Part shown: piece after piece, positions 1 through 9,243 of the stretch
How positions within the stretch are numbered: the stretch's first letter is position 1
Layout of the letters: every line of letters begins with the position of its first letter
IMG/VR virus record: IMGVR_UViG_3300031616_000002
Length of the DNA stretch: 42,381 bases
Source of the DNA: a virus
Direction: 5' to 3' (one strand)
Made by a program: the position numbers and the translations under genes
Notes under the pieces: generated by a model
What the model saw: only the letters and a program-made list of their open reading frames with translations
What the model was told of the DNA's origin: nothing
Databases searched by the model: none

Positions 1-2
1 AT

Positions 3-392
3 AGCCGAAAGAGCGTTCCGGCCCGTCTCAAGCTGGCGCAGAGCCACAGTGATCATGTCGATCCGGCCGGTAAGGCTGTCAACCTCGGTCCCTTCGAGAA
101 GCGTGCGGCACCGTCGCCGCCGTCGGCGCTCAAGGGTGAGGCTTTGGCGGAGTGGAATCGGGTTGCGCCGACCTTGGCGAAGCTCGGTCTGCTGAAGCCG
201 GAAGATCGCGCTGCGCTGTCGACCTATTGTATGGCGTGGGAGATGCTGGTTGATCCTGCAACGTCCAAGACGACATGGTTCCAGGCCAGTCGTGAGTTGC
301 GGGCATGGGCGGTTCAGTTTGGACTGACCCCGACGTCGGAACAGAAGCTTCCCACGCCTGAGGACGCCGACGATCCCTTCGCGGACGGCTGA
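3..392 (+). CDS. terS: Terminase small subunit (P27-like), 5'-truncated by window edge
   Basis: Frame of ORF 144..392 is open back to position 3 (SRKSVPARLKL...PSPPSALKGEALAEWNRVAPTL...DRAALSTYC...FGLTPTS), matching P27-family small terminase motifs; directly upstream of TerL. Confidence 0.85.
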   Translation, partial: SRKSVPARLKLAQSHSDHVDPAGKAVNLGPFEKRAAPSPPSALKGEALAEWNRVAPTLAKLGLLKPEDRAALSTYCMAWEMLVDPATSKTTWFQASRELRAWAVQFGLTPTSEQKLPTPEDADDPFADG

Positions 393-397
393 CGGCG

Positions 398-2110
398 ATG
401 ATTCGGAATGCCCTGTCTGAGGAGGTGTTGTGGTATCTCGAAGACCGGGGTATCCCGATTCCGGAGCCGTGGCAGGCGCCGTTGGTGCGTACGCCGGAAC
501 CGGTGGATGTCCCTGGAGCACGTTTTAACCCGGCGCGGGTGGATAAGGTGCTGCGGGTCTTCCACGCTCTCCGGCATACGCAGGGCCGGTTGGCTGGGTC
601 GCCGCTGGATTTGGATCCTTGGCAGGTCGCTTACATCATCGCTCCGGTGTTTGGGTGGGAGCGGCAGAATGAGGATGGCGACTGGGTCCGGGTTATTACC
701 GAGGTATGGATTGAGGTCAGCCGCAAGAACGGCAAGACGACCTTGTCCGGCGGCATCGCCATCTATTTGACGTGCGCGGATGGTGAGCCTGGAGCGCAGG
801 TGGTGGCGGCGGCGACGACCCGCGATCAGGCTGGGTTCTGTTTCGACCCGATCGCGGGCCTTGCCGAGAATGCGCCCATGTTGAAGAAGCATGTGCAGTC
901 TTATCGGTCGAGCCATAAGATCATTCACCGGAAGAGCGGTTCGTACTTCCAGGCGATCAGCGGTGTGGCCGAGGTCATCCACGGTGCCAATATCCACGGG
1001 GCCATTATCGACGAGATTCACCTGCACAAGTCTCCGGACCTGGTTGAGGCGATCGAGACCGGTGTCGGTTCGCGTCGGCAGCCGCTGATCGTGCATATCA
1101 CGACTGCCGACGACGGCAAGCCGATGAGCATCTACGCTCGCAAGCGGCACCGCATCGAGCAGCTCGCCGAGCGTACGATTAGCGACCCGTCGGTCTATGG
1201 TGTCATTTGGGCTGCGGCACTGAATGAGCGTGAACTGACGAACCCCTTCAGCGTCGAGGCGCAGATGGCGGCCAATCCGGGATTCGGTGTGAGCCCGGGG
1301 CGGGCCTATCTGGCGAAGAAGGCAGCGGTCGCGAAGGATAACCCTGCCGAGTTGGCGTCGTACCTACGACTGCATCTTGGCGTGCGGACCAAGCAGGTCA
1401 CTCGCTTTATCACCCTGGACGACTGGGATGCTTCGGCGGGGATGATCCGGGGCGAGGACATGATCGGCCAGGATTGCTGGGCCGGTGTCGACCTCGGTTC
1501 CACTTCAGACTTGACGGCTTATGCGCTGACCTTTCCGGACCAGGAAACAGATACGTATCGTACGGCGTGGCGCTTCTGGGTGCCGGAGGCGGCTATGCCG
1601 TCACTGAGTAAGCGCACCGGAGGCGAAGCCGAAGGCTGGCGCAAGCAGGGTTTCCTGACGGTGACGCCCGGGAACGTCATCGACAACCTGGTGATCACGC
1701 AGGCGATTCTTGCCGATGCAAAGCGGTATCGCATCAAGATGGTCGGCCACGACCCCTGGCACGCGCATGATGTGATGCGGCGGCTGGAGGACGAGGGCAT
1801 CGAGACATGCAATGTCGGTCAGAAGTTCTCCTCTCTTTCCGGGCCGCTCAAAGAGATGGAGCGCTTGGTCAAGCAGAAGCGCTACATCCACGGCGGCAAT
1901 CCGATCATGCGCTGGATGATCGATAACCTGACCGTCAAGATTGACCCGGTCGGCAATGTCATGCCCGATAAGGCGACGAGCTTCGAAAAGATCGATGGTG
2001 TAACAGCTGCCGTCGTGGCATTGTCTCAGGCAATAGCTGAAAGCAACCATTCAGTCGTGAATGATCTATGGGTCGAAGAGCGATTCAGGGAGGAGGCGAG
2101 CGAACGATGA
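398..2110 (+). CDS. terL: Terminase large subunit
   Basis: LDPWQ adenine-binding motif, Walker A VSRKNGKTT, Walker B IIDEIH, ITTA coupling motif, nuclease GVDLGSTSDLTA and KIDGVTA. Confidence 0.97.
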   Translation: MIRNALSEEVLWYLEDRGIPIPEPWQAPLVRTPEPVDVPGARFNPARVDKVLRVFHALRHTQGRLAGSPLDLDPWQVAYIIAPVFGWERQNEDGDWVRVITEVWIEVSRKNGKTTLSGGIAIYLTCADGEPGAQVVAAATTRDQAGFCFDPIAGLAENAPMLKKHVQSYRSSHKIIHRKSGSYFQAISGVAEVIHGANIHGAIIDEIHLHKSPDLVEAIETGVGSRRQPLIVHITTADDGKPMSIYARKRHRIEQLAERTISDPSVYGVIWAAALNERELTNPFSVEAQMAANPGFGVSPGRAYLAKKAAVAKDNPAELASYLRLHLGVRTKQVTRFITLDDWDASAGMIRGEDMIGQDCWAGVDLGSTSDLTAYALTFPDQETDTYRTAWRFWVPEAAMPSLSKRTGGEAEGWRKQGFLTVTPGNVIDNLVITQAILADAKRYRIKMVGHDPWHAHDVMRRLEDEGIETCNVGQKFSSLSGPLKEMERLVKQKRYIHGGNPIMRWMIDNLTVKIDPVGNVMPDKATSFEKIDGVTAAVVALSQAIAESNHSVVNDLWVEERFREEASER

Positions 2111-3516
2111 GATGGAATCCCTTCAGGCCTTCACAGGGCTCCGAGGTTGCACTAAGGTCCCTAGCGGAGCAGCGAGGTATTAGCTTCCAGGATGTCTGGG
2201 GCCAGGGTCGCGATGCGGCCTTCGCGTCGCCGATGGCGCTGGAGCGAGCCATTACGCTGGCTCCAGTGTATTCGGCTACCTCGATGATCGCCGGTTTGAC
2301 ATCGTGCTTCCCTATCGATTCGCTGCGAACGCTCAAGGGCGTGACGGAGCCGATGGATCCTCCGGCGACACTCCTTTCCGACCCGACGCAGTTCGGTGGC
2401 CCGATCGATTGGGTGCATCGCGCGGCCATCAGCATGGCGCTGCGCGGCAACGCCTTCGGCATGGTCACCCTCTTTACCGATCAGGGATATCCGCGCCAGA
2501 TCGAGTGGCTGCATCCGGACGAGGTTTCCCTGCGAACCGATCGCTCGGTCGCCGCTCCGCAATGGTTCTGGCTCGGCAAGCCGGTCGATAACTCCAGGTT
2601 CGTTCACATCCCTCTCTATACCGTCCCTGGCCGCATCCTCGGCTTGTCGCCTATCAAGGCATTCGCTAAGACGATCGACCAGGGGCTGCTGGCGCAGAAC
2701 TACGGTGTCGACTGGTTCCGCAACGGCACCGTTCCCGCCGGTATGCTCACGTCCGATCAGCGCGTCAATTCGGATGACGCCGATACCATTGCGGCCCGCT
2801 GGCGGCGCAGTGCGGCAGGACGCGGAACGCCGGTAGTCGGACAGGGCCTCGTCTACAAGGCGATCAGCGTGCCGCCGGAGGAATCGCAATTCCTTCAGAC
2901 CATCAAGGCCACGGCAACGCAGATCGCTGCCGTCTACCACCTCCCGGCGGAGCTGATCGGCGGCGAAACCGGGAAGTCTATGACGTATACCAACGTCGAT
3001 GGCTACCCCATTACCGTGGCGCGCTTCGCGCTCATGGACTACGTGCGTCGTATCGAAGAGGCACTGACGCGCTACCTGCCGCGCCCGCAGTCGGCACGCT
3101 TCGATATGGACCAGTTCCAGCGTCCCGACATGCTGGCTCGCGTCCAGGCCTACGACCTGGCCCTGAAGGACCAGTGGATGACCGTGGACGAGGTGCGCCA
3201 GAACGAGAACCTCAAGCCCTTCGGCGGCACCAAGGGTGGAGTTCTTCAGCCGCAGTTGCCGCAGGGGCAGCACGCTGGCTTCCCGACTCAGGGAAGCGGT
3301 CCCGGCGGCAGGCCGCACACCGATCCCGCGCCGATGAATGACACGCCGAACGATGGTGTCGGCAAGGGTGGCCCGAATCCGGAGCCGAAGAACAACGGCG
3401 CCGGTAATGGTGCCGTGGATTCACACTCGCTGAGCAATGGCAACGGGCACGTGAAGGAGCTGGATCCGAGGCGCCTGAAGCTGGCCCTTATCGAACGCGA
3501 GAATAGGTGGAATTAA
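2107..3516 (+). CDS. Portal protein, HK97 family
   Basis: ALRGNAF, LHPDEV, GLSPI, FRNGTVPAGML, ESQFLQT, MTVDEVRQNENL motifs; ATG 2107 overlaps the TerL stop (ATGA), more likely than the track start 2068. Confidence 0.95.
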   Translation: MRWNPFRPSQGSEVALRSLAEQRGISFQDVWGQGRDAAFASPMALERAITLAPVYSATSMIAGLTSCFPIDSLRTLKGVTEPMDPPATLLSDPTQFGGPIDWVHRAAISMALRGNAFGMVTLFTDQGYPRQIEWLHPDEVSLRTDRSVAAPQWFWLGKPVDNSRFVHIPLYTVPGRILGLSPIKAFAKTIDQGLLAQNYGVDWFRNGTVPAGMLTSDQRVNSDDADTIAARWRRSAAGRGTPVVGQGLVYKAISVPPEESQFLQTIKATATQIAAVYHLPAELIGGETGKSMTYTNVDGYPITVARFALMDYVRRIEEALTRYLPRPQSARFDMDQFQRPDMLARVQAYDLALKDQWMTVDEVRQNENLKPFGGTKGGVLQPQLPQGQHAGFPTQGSGPGGRPHTDPAPMNDTPNDGVGKGGPNPEPKNNGAGNGAVDSHSLSNGNGHVKELDPRRLKLALIERENRWN

Positions 3517-3517
3517 C

Positions 3518-4471
3518 ATGGCCGGTGATCCGAAGAAACCATACGGCGATGTGCCCTATGCCGATCCCGGTTACCAGCCGGACGGGGTTAGTCGGTACCC
3601 CCTTACCAAAGAACACATCCACGCCGCCTTGTCCTACATTGCCAAGGGCTCCAGCAAGGACAAATACTCGCCTGGCGATTATGCCAAGGTGAAGGCGAAG
3701 ATTCATGCAGCAGCTAAAAAGTTTGGCATAGACGTTTCAGACTCCGGGCAGAACAGCTGGTCGGGCGACAATGAGAAGGAGGGGGCTATGAGCCTCGTCG
3801 AGCGGCGCTATACGCCCGGGGTGCTGACGCTTCGCGGAGAGGCCAGCCAGGAGGGTAAGCGGAAGGCAATCGGCGGATACGCCGCTGTCTTCGGCAAGCT
3901 TTCTCGTAACCTCGGCGGCTTTGTGGAGGAGCTGAACAACAGCGTCTTCAACCGTGCTGCGAATGATGGCTGGAACGATGCCATCTGCCGCTACAACCAT
4001 GACGACATGGCACTTCTGGGCACTGTGCAGAGCGGCCACCTTCGGCTCCAGCTCGACAAGACCGGCCTCATCTACGAGGTGGACCCGCCCCAGTCGCGCG
4101 CCGACGTGCTGGAGCTGGTGGAGCGCGGCGATATCACCAAGTCGTCCTTCGCTTTCCGCACCGTGGAAGATGACTGGTCGCAGACCGACCAGGGATACCC
4201 CAAGCGCACCCTGCTCTCGGTGGAACTCGTCGATGTGTCGCCGGTCGTTTCCCCGGCTTACGTTGACAGCAGCGTTGGCCTGCGAAGCCTGGCTAGTTTC
4301 AAGGATGCCGGGTACGATGAGGTCAAGATCCTCGCCGAGCAGGACGAGCTGCGTAAGCTCTTTGTTCGTACCGACGGTCCCCCGGCCCCGCCGCCCAAGA
4401 AGATCATGACGGGGGCGAGTGCTCTTGCGGCGATTATCGCGCGAGACCGCGACCCGTACGACAAGGACTAA
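3518..4471 (+). CDS. HK97-family prohead protease with ~90-aa N-terminal extra domain
   Basis: IGGYAAVFG, LGGFVE, YNHD, SSFAF, LVDVSPVVSPAY motifs; N-terminal PYGDVPYADPGY...RYPL...HIHAALSYI domain; internal RBS plus ATG at 3788. Confidence 0.93.
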   Translation: MAGDPKKPYGDVPYADPGYQPDGVSRYPLTKEHIHAALSYIAKGSSKDKYSPGDYAKVKAKIHAAAKKFGIDVSDSGQNSWSGDNEKEGAMSLVERRYTPGVLTLRGEASQEGKRKAIGGYAAVFGKLSRNLGGFVEELNNSVFNRAANDGWNDAICRYNHDDMALLGTVQSGHLRLQLDKTGLIYEVDPPQSRADVLELVERGDITKSSFAFRTVEDDWSQTDQGYPKRTLLSVELVDVSPVVSPAYVDSSVGLRSLASFKDAGYDEVKILAEQDELRKLFVRTDGPPAPPPKKIMTGASALAAIIARDRDPYDKD

Positions 4472-4480
4472 CAGCATGGC

Positions 4481-4602
4481 CCGACAGGAATCGCATCCAT
4501 CGGGATAGGACGAACGAAGTACCGACCGTCATTCGGCAGGAATCGCATCCACCGGAAATCGGTCGTGGAAATCGTCAGCGGGCAGGCATCGCATCCACCC
4601 GC
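4481..4602 (+). repeat. Three stem-loops with conserved 15-nt loop CAGG(A/C)ATCGCATCCA upstream of the capsid gene
   Basis: Copies at 4485-4499, 4537-4551 and 4583-4597, each closed by a different 5-bp stem (CCCGA/TCGGG, TTCGG/CCGGA, GCGGG/CCCGC). Confidence 0.85.
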
Positions 4603-4634
4603 ATATCCAGTACAGCAGAATGGGTGGAATCGCT

Positions 4635-5912
4635 ATGCCTAGCGACCTGCTGGTCATGCTGCGCAATCAGCGCCTCAATGTGGCGTCGAAGATGCGCGAG
4701 CTCGCCGACCATGCTTCCGATGAAGGAAATCGCCAGTTCACCGGCGAGGAGCAGAACTCCTGGGAGTCTCTGAATTCCGAGCTGGACCGTTATGACCAGC
4801 GCATCAAGGCCACCATGGAGGGCGAGCGCCGCGCCAAGGAGGCCGAGGCCGAGTTCGAGCGCCTCAACGGCAAGCCGCTCGACACCGAGAAGCGCCAGGA
4901 CACCGAGGGTCGCGAGATCCCCAAGGGCCAGGTGGTGGCTCCGCAGACGACTGAGCTGCGGAACTTTCTCCAGGGCAAGGGCGAGCGTATCTACGAGCTC
5001 CCGGCCTCGCGTCAGATCGCGGACATCGTCGAAGGACGTGCCCTGACCGTCGGTTCGCTGACTGCCGGTGGCGACCTCGTTCCGACCGACTTCTACAACC
5101 GGCTCGTCGAGCACCTGATCCAGGTGTCGGCCATCCTCCAGGCCAAGCCGACGATCCTCAACACCGCCGCCGGTGAGGCAATCCAGATCCCGAAGACCAC
5201 CAGCCACTCCACTGGCGTGCTGGTCGCTGAGAACACGGCCATCACCGAGTCGGACCCGGTGTTCGGTCAGGTCACTCTCGGCGCCTACAAGTACGGCGTG
5301 CTGGTCCCGATCAGCCGCGAGCTCATCGCGGACTCGGGTGTCGACCTGGAGGGCTACCTGGCGCGCGAGTGCGGCCGTGCCCTCGGCAACGCCATGGGAA
5401 CGCACTTCATCCTCGGCACCGGCAGCAGCCAGCCGACCGGCGTCATCACCGGCGCCACCCTCGGGGTGACCGGCGGTACCGGCGTCGTGGGTGTCCCCAC
5501 CGCCGACAACCTGATCGACATGTACTACTCGGTGATCCCGCAGTACCGCAACTCGCCGTCCTGCGCGTGGATGATGGCCGACACCACCGTGGCTACCGTC
5601 CGCAAGCTCAAGGACACCCAGAACCGGTACCTGTGGGAGCCCAGCCTCCAGCTCGGCGTTCCGGACTCGTTCCTCGGAAAGCCCGTCATCACGGACTACA
5701 ACGTGGCTGCTACCGGTCTCGGTGCGAAGAGCATCCTCTTCGGTGACTTCTCGACCTACTTCATTCGCTTCGCCGGTGGTGCGCGATTCGAGCGTAGTGA
5801 CGAGTACGCATTCAACACCGACATGGTGACCTTCCGTGCGCTCATGCGTGCCGACGGCAACCTGGTTGACAGGACAGGAAGCGTCAAGTACTTCGCCGGT
5901 GGGGCCACCTGA
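4635..5912 (+). CDS. Major capsid protein, HK97 fold, with N-terminal scaffold (delta) region
   Basis: Coiled-coil N-terminus, GGDLVPTDF, FGQVTLGAYKYG, ISRELIADS, LGTGSSQPTG, KLKDTQNRYLW, ILFGDFS; start 4635 chosen from the upstream GGGTGGA. Confidence 0.96.
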   Translation: MPSDLLVMLRNQRLNVASKMRELADHASDEGNRQFTGEEQNSWESLNSELDRYDQRIKATMEGERRAKEAEAEFERLNGKPLDTEKRQDTEGREIPKGQVVAPQTTELRNFLQGKGERIYELPASRQIADIVEGRALTVGSLTAGGDLVPTDFYNRLVEHLIQVSAILQAKPTILNTAAGEAIQIPKTTSHSTGVLVAENTAITESDPVFGQVTLGAYKYGVLVPISRELIADSGVDLEGYLARECGRALGNAMGTHFILGTGSSQPTGVITGATLGVTGGTGVVGVPTADNLIDMYYSVIPQYRNSPSCAWMMADTTVATVRKLKDTQNRYLWEPSLQLGVPDSFLGKPVITDYNVAATGLGAKSILFGDFSTYFIRFAGGARFERSDEYAFNTDMVTFRALMRADGNLVDRTGSVKYFAGGAT

Positions 5913-6009
5913 TATTGGATTCTGGTTATGGAATCCAATACTGCTTCACCGAGGTAGATATGGATTACAACGAGGTGGTCGTGCTCAGGCGGGCGCGGCC
6001 ACCTCGTTG
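5913..6009 (+). promoter_or_regulatory. Two hairpins after the capsid stop (mRNA stabiliser or partial terminator)
   Basis: TATTGGATTC/GAATCCAATA 10-bp stem at 5913-5940; 19-bp stem with G-U pairs at 5968-6009. Confidence 0.6.
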
Positions 6010-6032
6010 CCGAATAGCGCAAGGAGATGCAA

Positions 6033-6431
6033 ATGAAGGTTCTGATGCTTCAGGACATGTCCGGAAGCCACGACGGGAAGCCGTACCTGTCGCGCGGTGA
6101 GGTTGATGACCTCGACGATGCACACGGCCAGGCTCTGGTTGATTCTGGTGCGGCTGTGGTGTGGGACGGTAAGGACAGCAAGGCTCTGGTCGATGCTGTG
6201 GCGTTTGCGAAGAAGGCGCGTGAGGAGGCGGAGGCGGCGGCGAAGGATGCTGCGGACGCTCAGTCGCTCGCGGACGCGAAGGCGCATGATGCCGCCGTGG
6301 CGGGTATCAAGGCGAATATCGCTGAGGCTAACGCGCTGTCGGTCCGGCGCGGTACGGCGGATTTGTCGGTGGGCGCGCAGGCGGATGCCGAGGTGGCGGC
6401 GGCTACTGCTCCTGTGGATGCGGCGAAGTAA
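6033..6431 (+). CDS. Hypothetical virion-associated protein, paralogous N-terminal domain with next gene
   Basis: AAGGAG RBS at 6021-6026; MKVLMLQDMSGSHDGKPY resembles the next ORF. Confidence 0.75.
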   Translation: MKVLMLQDMSGSHDGKPYLSRGEVDDLDDAHGQALVDSGAAVVWDGKDSKALVDAVAFAKKAREEAEAAAKDAADAQSLADAKAHDAAVAGIKANIAEANALSVRRGTADLSVGAQADAEVAAATAPVDAAK

Positions 6432-6497
6432 GAGCGAATAGCGACTCCGGCGGATCTCGTTTCACCGGGGTCCGCCGGATCGATTAAGGACGACATC

Positions 6498-6764
6498 ATG
6501 CTGGTGAAAATGAAGGCGGACATCTCTGGGTCGCGCGATGGGAAGCCGTGGCCGCGCCCTGGCTTCACTCTCGATGTGCCCGATTGGGAGGCTCGTGAGC
6601 TGATTGATCAGGGTATGGCTGAGTTGGCTCCGGCGGTGGCTCCAGTTGAGGCTGCGGTGGTGTCGACGGAGCCTGCGTCGGTGACGGTGAGTGCGGGTGT
6701 GACGAAGGCGAGTATGCAGGCGGCGACGGTGCCGACGCGCCCGGCTCCGGTCCCGAAGGGGTAG
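6498..6764 (+). CDS. Hypothetical small post-capsid protein
   Basis: AAGGA RBS; VKMKADISGSRDGKPWP...DVPDWEARELIDQGMAE. Confidence 0.8.
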   Translation: MLVKMKADISGSRDGKPWPRPGFTLDVPDWEARELIDQGMAELAPAVAPVEAAVVSTEPASVTVSAGVTKASMQAATVPTRPAPVPKG

Positions 6765-6794
6765 TTGCTGGAGCGAACGGGAGGTGACTGAGGC

Positions 6795-7433
6795 ATGGGA
6801 ATTCAATGGGGTACTGCGGCTGAGTTGGCATCGCTTGTGCAGCGCCCTCTGGTCGATACGGTGACGTGCAACCTGCTGCTTTCCCAGGCCGCCGACCTGG
6901 TGCGGGCTGAATGCAACCAGAATATCGATATCGTCACCACGACCGAGGTGCTCGACGGCCCGCGCTCGGCGGCTTACATGGAGCCGGATCCGGCTGATGC
7001 GGTGATTTTCCTCAGCGAGAAGCCGGTTATCAGCGTGACGTCGGTGACAGAGCTTCAGGTCGCTAACGGGATGACGACTCTTGTCCAGGGCACTGACTTC
7101 ATCCTCGGGAATGGCGGCCGGATCTACCGCATCAAGTCGTCCAGTGCATCGTCGTACTCGTACTACCCCTGGACGGTCAACAAGCAGGGCATTACCGTGA
7201 TCTATTCGCACGGTTATGCCACGACTACTTGGCAGTACAACACAGCGAAGCAGATCAGCCTTCAGATGGCGGGCAGGGCGTACGTCAACCCGGAGGGTCT
7301 GCATCAGATGCGCGTCGGCGGCTATGCGGCACGCTACTTCGGCACTACGACTCCGATTACCGGCATGCTTCAGATGACGCCATTCGAGAAGTTGATGCTG
7401 GCTCCATTGCGCGCAAATACGCTGACGGCATAG
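6795..7433 (+). CDS. Head-to-tail adaptor (connector)
   Basis: Position after capsid; LLSQAADLVRAEC, PVISVTSV, ITVIYSHGY, AGRAYVNPEG motifs typical of actinophage adaptors. Confidence 0.8.
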   Translation: MGIQWGTAAELASLVQRPLVDTVTCNLLLSQAADLVRAECNQNIDIVTTTEVLDGPRSAAYMEPDPADAVIFLSEKPVISVTSVTELQVANGMTTLVQGTDFILGNGGRIYRIKSSSASSYSYYPWTVNKQGITVIYSHGYATTTWQYNTAKQISLQMAGRAYVNPEGLHQMRVGGYAARYFGTTTPITGMLQMTPFEKLMLAPLRANTLTA

Positions 7434-7527
7434 CAGCATGCACAGGAAATCGAGTCGCATGACTACTGACAGATCAATAAGCACCGATGGGCTGCAGGTT
7501 CAGCTCTTCCATGGAGAGGATGACGGC

Positions 7528-8076
7528 ATGACCGATTACAGGGGCATCGCCGATGCGACTGGCATGTGCGGCTTCCTTCACGTGGAGCTGTTCGGCGAGG
7601 ATGGGCTCCTGAAGCAGGAGCAGCACATCCGCAACAAGATCACCGATGCGGGTGACTTGTATCTCGCGAAGATGGCTATTGCGCTCGTGCAGCCCGCCAA
7701 CGCTGCGGCTCCGACCTTGATGACGGGCATGAAGCTCGGCACGGGCTCGACCGCCGTGGCTAAGTCTGGTGCTGGAGCGGCGATCGTCACGTATGTCACG
7801 GCATCGACCTTCAACAAGGTCTTCGATGCGACCTATCCGCAGACCAACAACCTGGGCGCCGGGCTCGGTGTTGCGGCGGTCTACCAGGTGACCTGGAATG
7901 CGGGGCAGGCGACGAATACGACCCTCAACGAGGTTGTCATCGTCAACGATGCTTCTACCGATGCAACGAGCACGGCGGCGAACACGATCAGTCGCGCGCT
8001 TTTCACATCCACCATCAACAAGGGTGCCTCGGACGTTTTGAAGGTCACCTGGAGCCACCTCCAGCTCGGAGCATAA
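7528..8076 (+). CDS. Hypothetical structural protein (beta-rich)
   Basis: GGAGAGGA RBS; NKITDAG...MKLGTGSTA...INKGASDVLKVTW pattern seen in tail/baseplate-associated proteins. Confidence 0.65.
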   Translation: MTDYRGIADATGMCGFLHVELFGEDGLLKQEQHIRNKITDAGDLYLAKMAIALVQPANAAAPTLMTGMKLGTGSTAVAKSGAGAAIVTYVTASTFNKVFDATYPQTNNLGAGLGVAAVYQVTWNAGQATNTTLNEVVIVNDASTDATSTAANTISRALFTSTINKGASDVLKVTWSHLQLGA

Positions 8077-8094
8077 CCAAAAGGAGCACCAATC

Positions 8095-8499
8095 ATGGCC
8101 ACCCTTCCCGTTGTCGACCTGGTCACGCCCTTCGATGCCGACCTGGTGTTCCCGGACGGCTATACCAGTCTCGTATGCAGCGGCATCACCACGACGCTGA
8201 ACACCGATATCAGTGCCGTCTTCTCGCTGCCGTACTTCTCCCTGGCATCCAAGGCCAAGCTCATTGTGGTCGCTACCGCCTTCACCGGAACCTCGGTGAC
8301 TGTCAGCTACTGCGAATCTCCGGATGGCGTGAACTTCGCGGCTGCCTCGACCCTGGTGAGTGCCGCCGTTGCGGCCACCGGTACTACGTCCGGTGCGGTC
8401 ATCGCTACCGGTGGTCTCATGAGCACCGGTCACTTCACCTTCACCGGCACGTTTACCACGGCGACGCTGAGCATCTACCTCGCCACTTGGAACCGCTGA
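8095..8499 (+). CDS. Hypothetical structural protein, tandem paralog 1
   Basis: AAGGAG RBS; 134 aa, closely similar to 8526..8930. Confidence 0.8.
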   Translation: MATLPVVDLVTPFDADLVFPDGYTSLVCSGITTTLNTDISAVFSLPYFSLASKAKLIVVATAFTGTSVTVSYCESPDGVNFAAASTLVSAAVAATGTTSGAVIATGGLMSTGHFTFTGTFTTATLSIYLATWNR

Positions 8500-8525
8500 G
8501 CCATCTCGGCTAAGGAGAACTCGCT

Positions 8526-8930
8526 ATGGCTACTCTTGCTGCTGTCAATACCGTCACGCTTGCTGATGTCGATTCGTTCTATCCGGACGGTTTCTCCGAA
8601 GTCGTGTGCAGCGGTGTCACCACCACGCTGAACACCGACGTCAGTGCCGCCTTCTCGCTGCCGTACTTCTCCCTTACTTCGAAGGCGCGCGTACTTGTTC
8701 AGTGCACCGCCTTTACGGGGACCTCGGTGACCGTCAGCTACTGCGAGTCCCCGGATGGCGTGAACTTCCTCGCAGCCTCGACTCTGGTCAGTCCGGCGGT
8801 AAACGCTACCGGATTCTTCGCCGGTAGCGTGGTGTCCACGGCCGGTCTCCTGAGCTTTGGGCGCTTCACCTTCACCGGCACCTTTACCACGGCGACGCTG
8901 ACCGCGACGATTGTTGGATTCGAGCGCTGA
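8526..8930 (+). CDS. Hypothetical structural protein, tandem paralog 2
   Basis: AAGGAG RBS; 134 aa; shares CSG.TTTLNTD.SA.FSLPYFSL and TAFTGTSVTVSYCESPDGVNF with paralog 1. Confidence 0.8.
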   Translation: MATLAAVNTVTLADVDSFYPDGFSEVVCSGVTTTLNTDVSAAFSLPYFSLTSKARVLVQCTAFTGTSVTVSYCESPDGVNFLAASTLVSPAVNATGFFAGSVVSTAGLLSFGRFTFTGTFTTATLTATIVGFER

Positions 8931-8931
8931 T

Positions 8932-9243
8932 ATGACTGTTATCCTCACGCCCCCGGAGCAGCGCTGGGTGTGTCCTAACTGCATCGAGATCGCCATCACC
9001 GTTGGTGAGTCGAATCGCTTCCATCAGTGCCGTGGCCTCGCGGGAATCTACGCACCCATGGTCCCCGAGGGCATGCGATGCATCGTTTACGCCGTGGAGC
9101 GTGAGGATTACATCGGTGAAGAGCTCGTGCAGTACGACGGCAATGGCCGTCCCATCATGGCCGTCGTTACCGAGCGTCCGGACGGCTCGAATGACCTGGT
9201 CGTTAATGCGCCTACGGCGCAAGGAGGGGTGGGTGTCAACTAA
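8932..9243 (+). CDS. Hypothetical Zn-ribbon protein
   Basis: WVCPNC...FHQC motif; ATG immediately after previous stop. Confidence 0.7.
   Translation: MTVILTPPEQRWVCPNCIEIAITVGESNRFHQCRGLAGIYAPMVPEGMRCIVYAVEREDYIGEELVQYDGNGRPIMAVVTERPDGSNDLVVNAPTAQGGVGVN

Noticed and set aside
8095-8930. Diversity-generating retroelement template/variable repeat pair
   Set aside because: Both copies are intact genes, differences are not adenine-specific, and no reverse transcriptase is present
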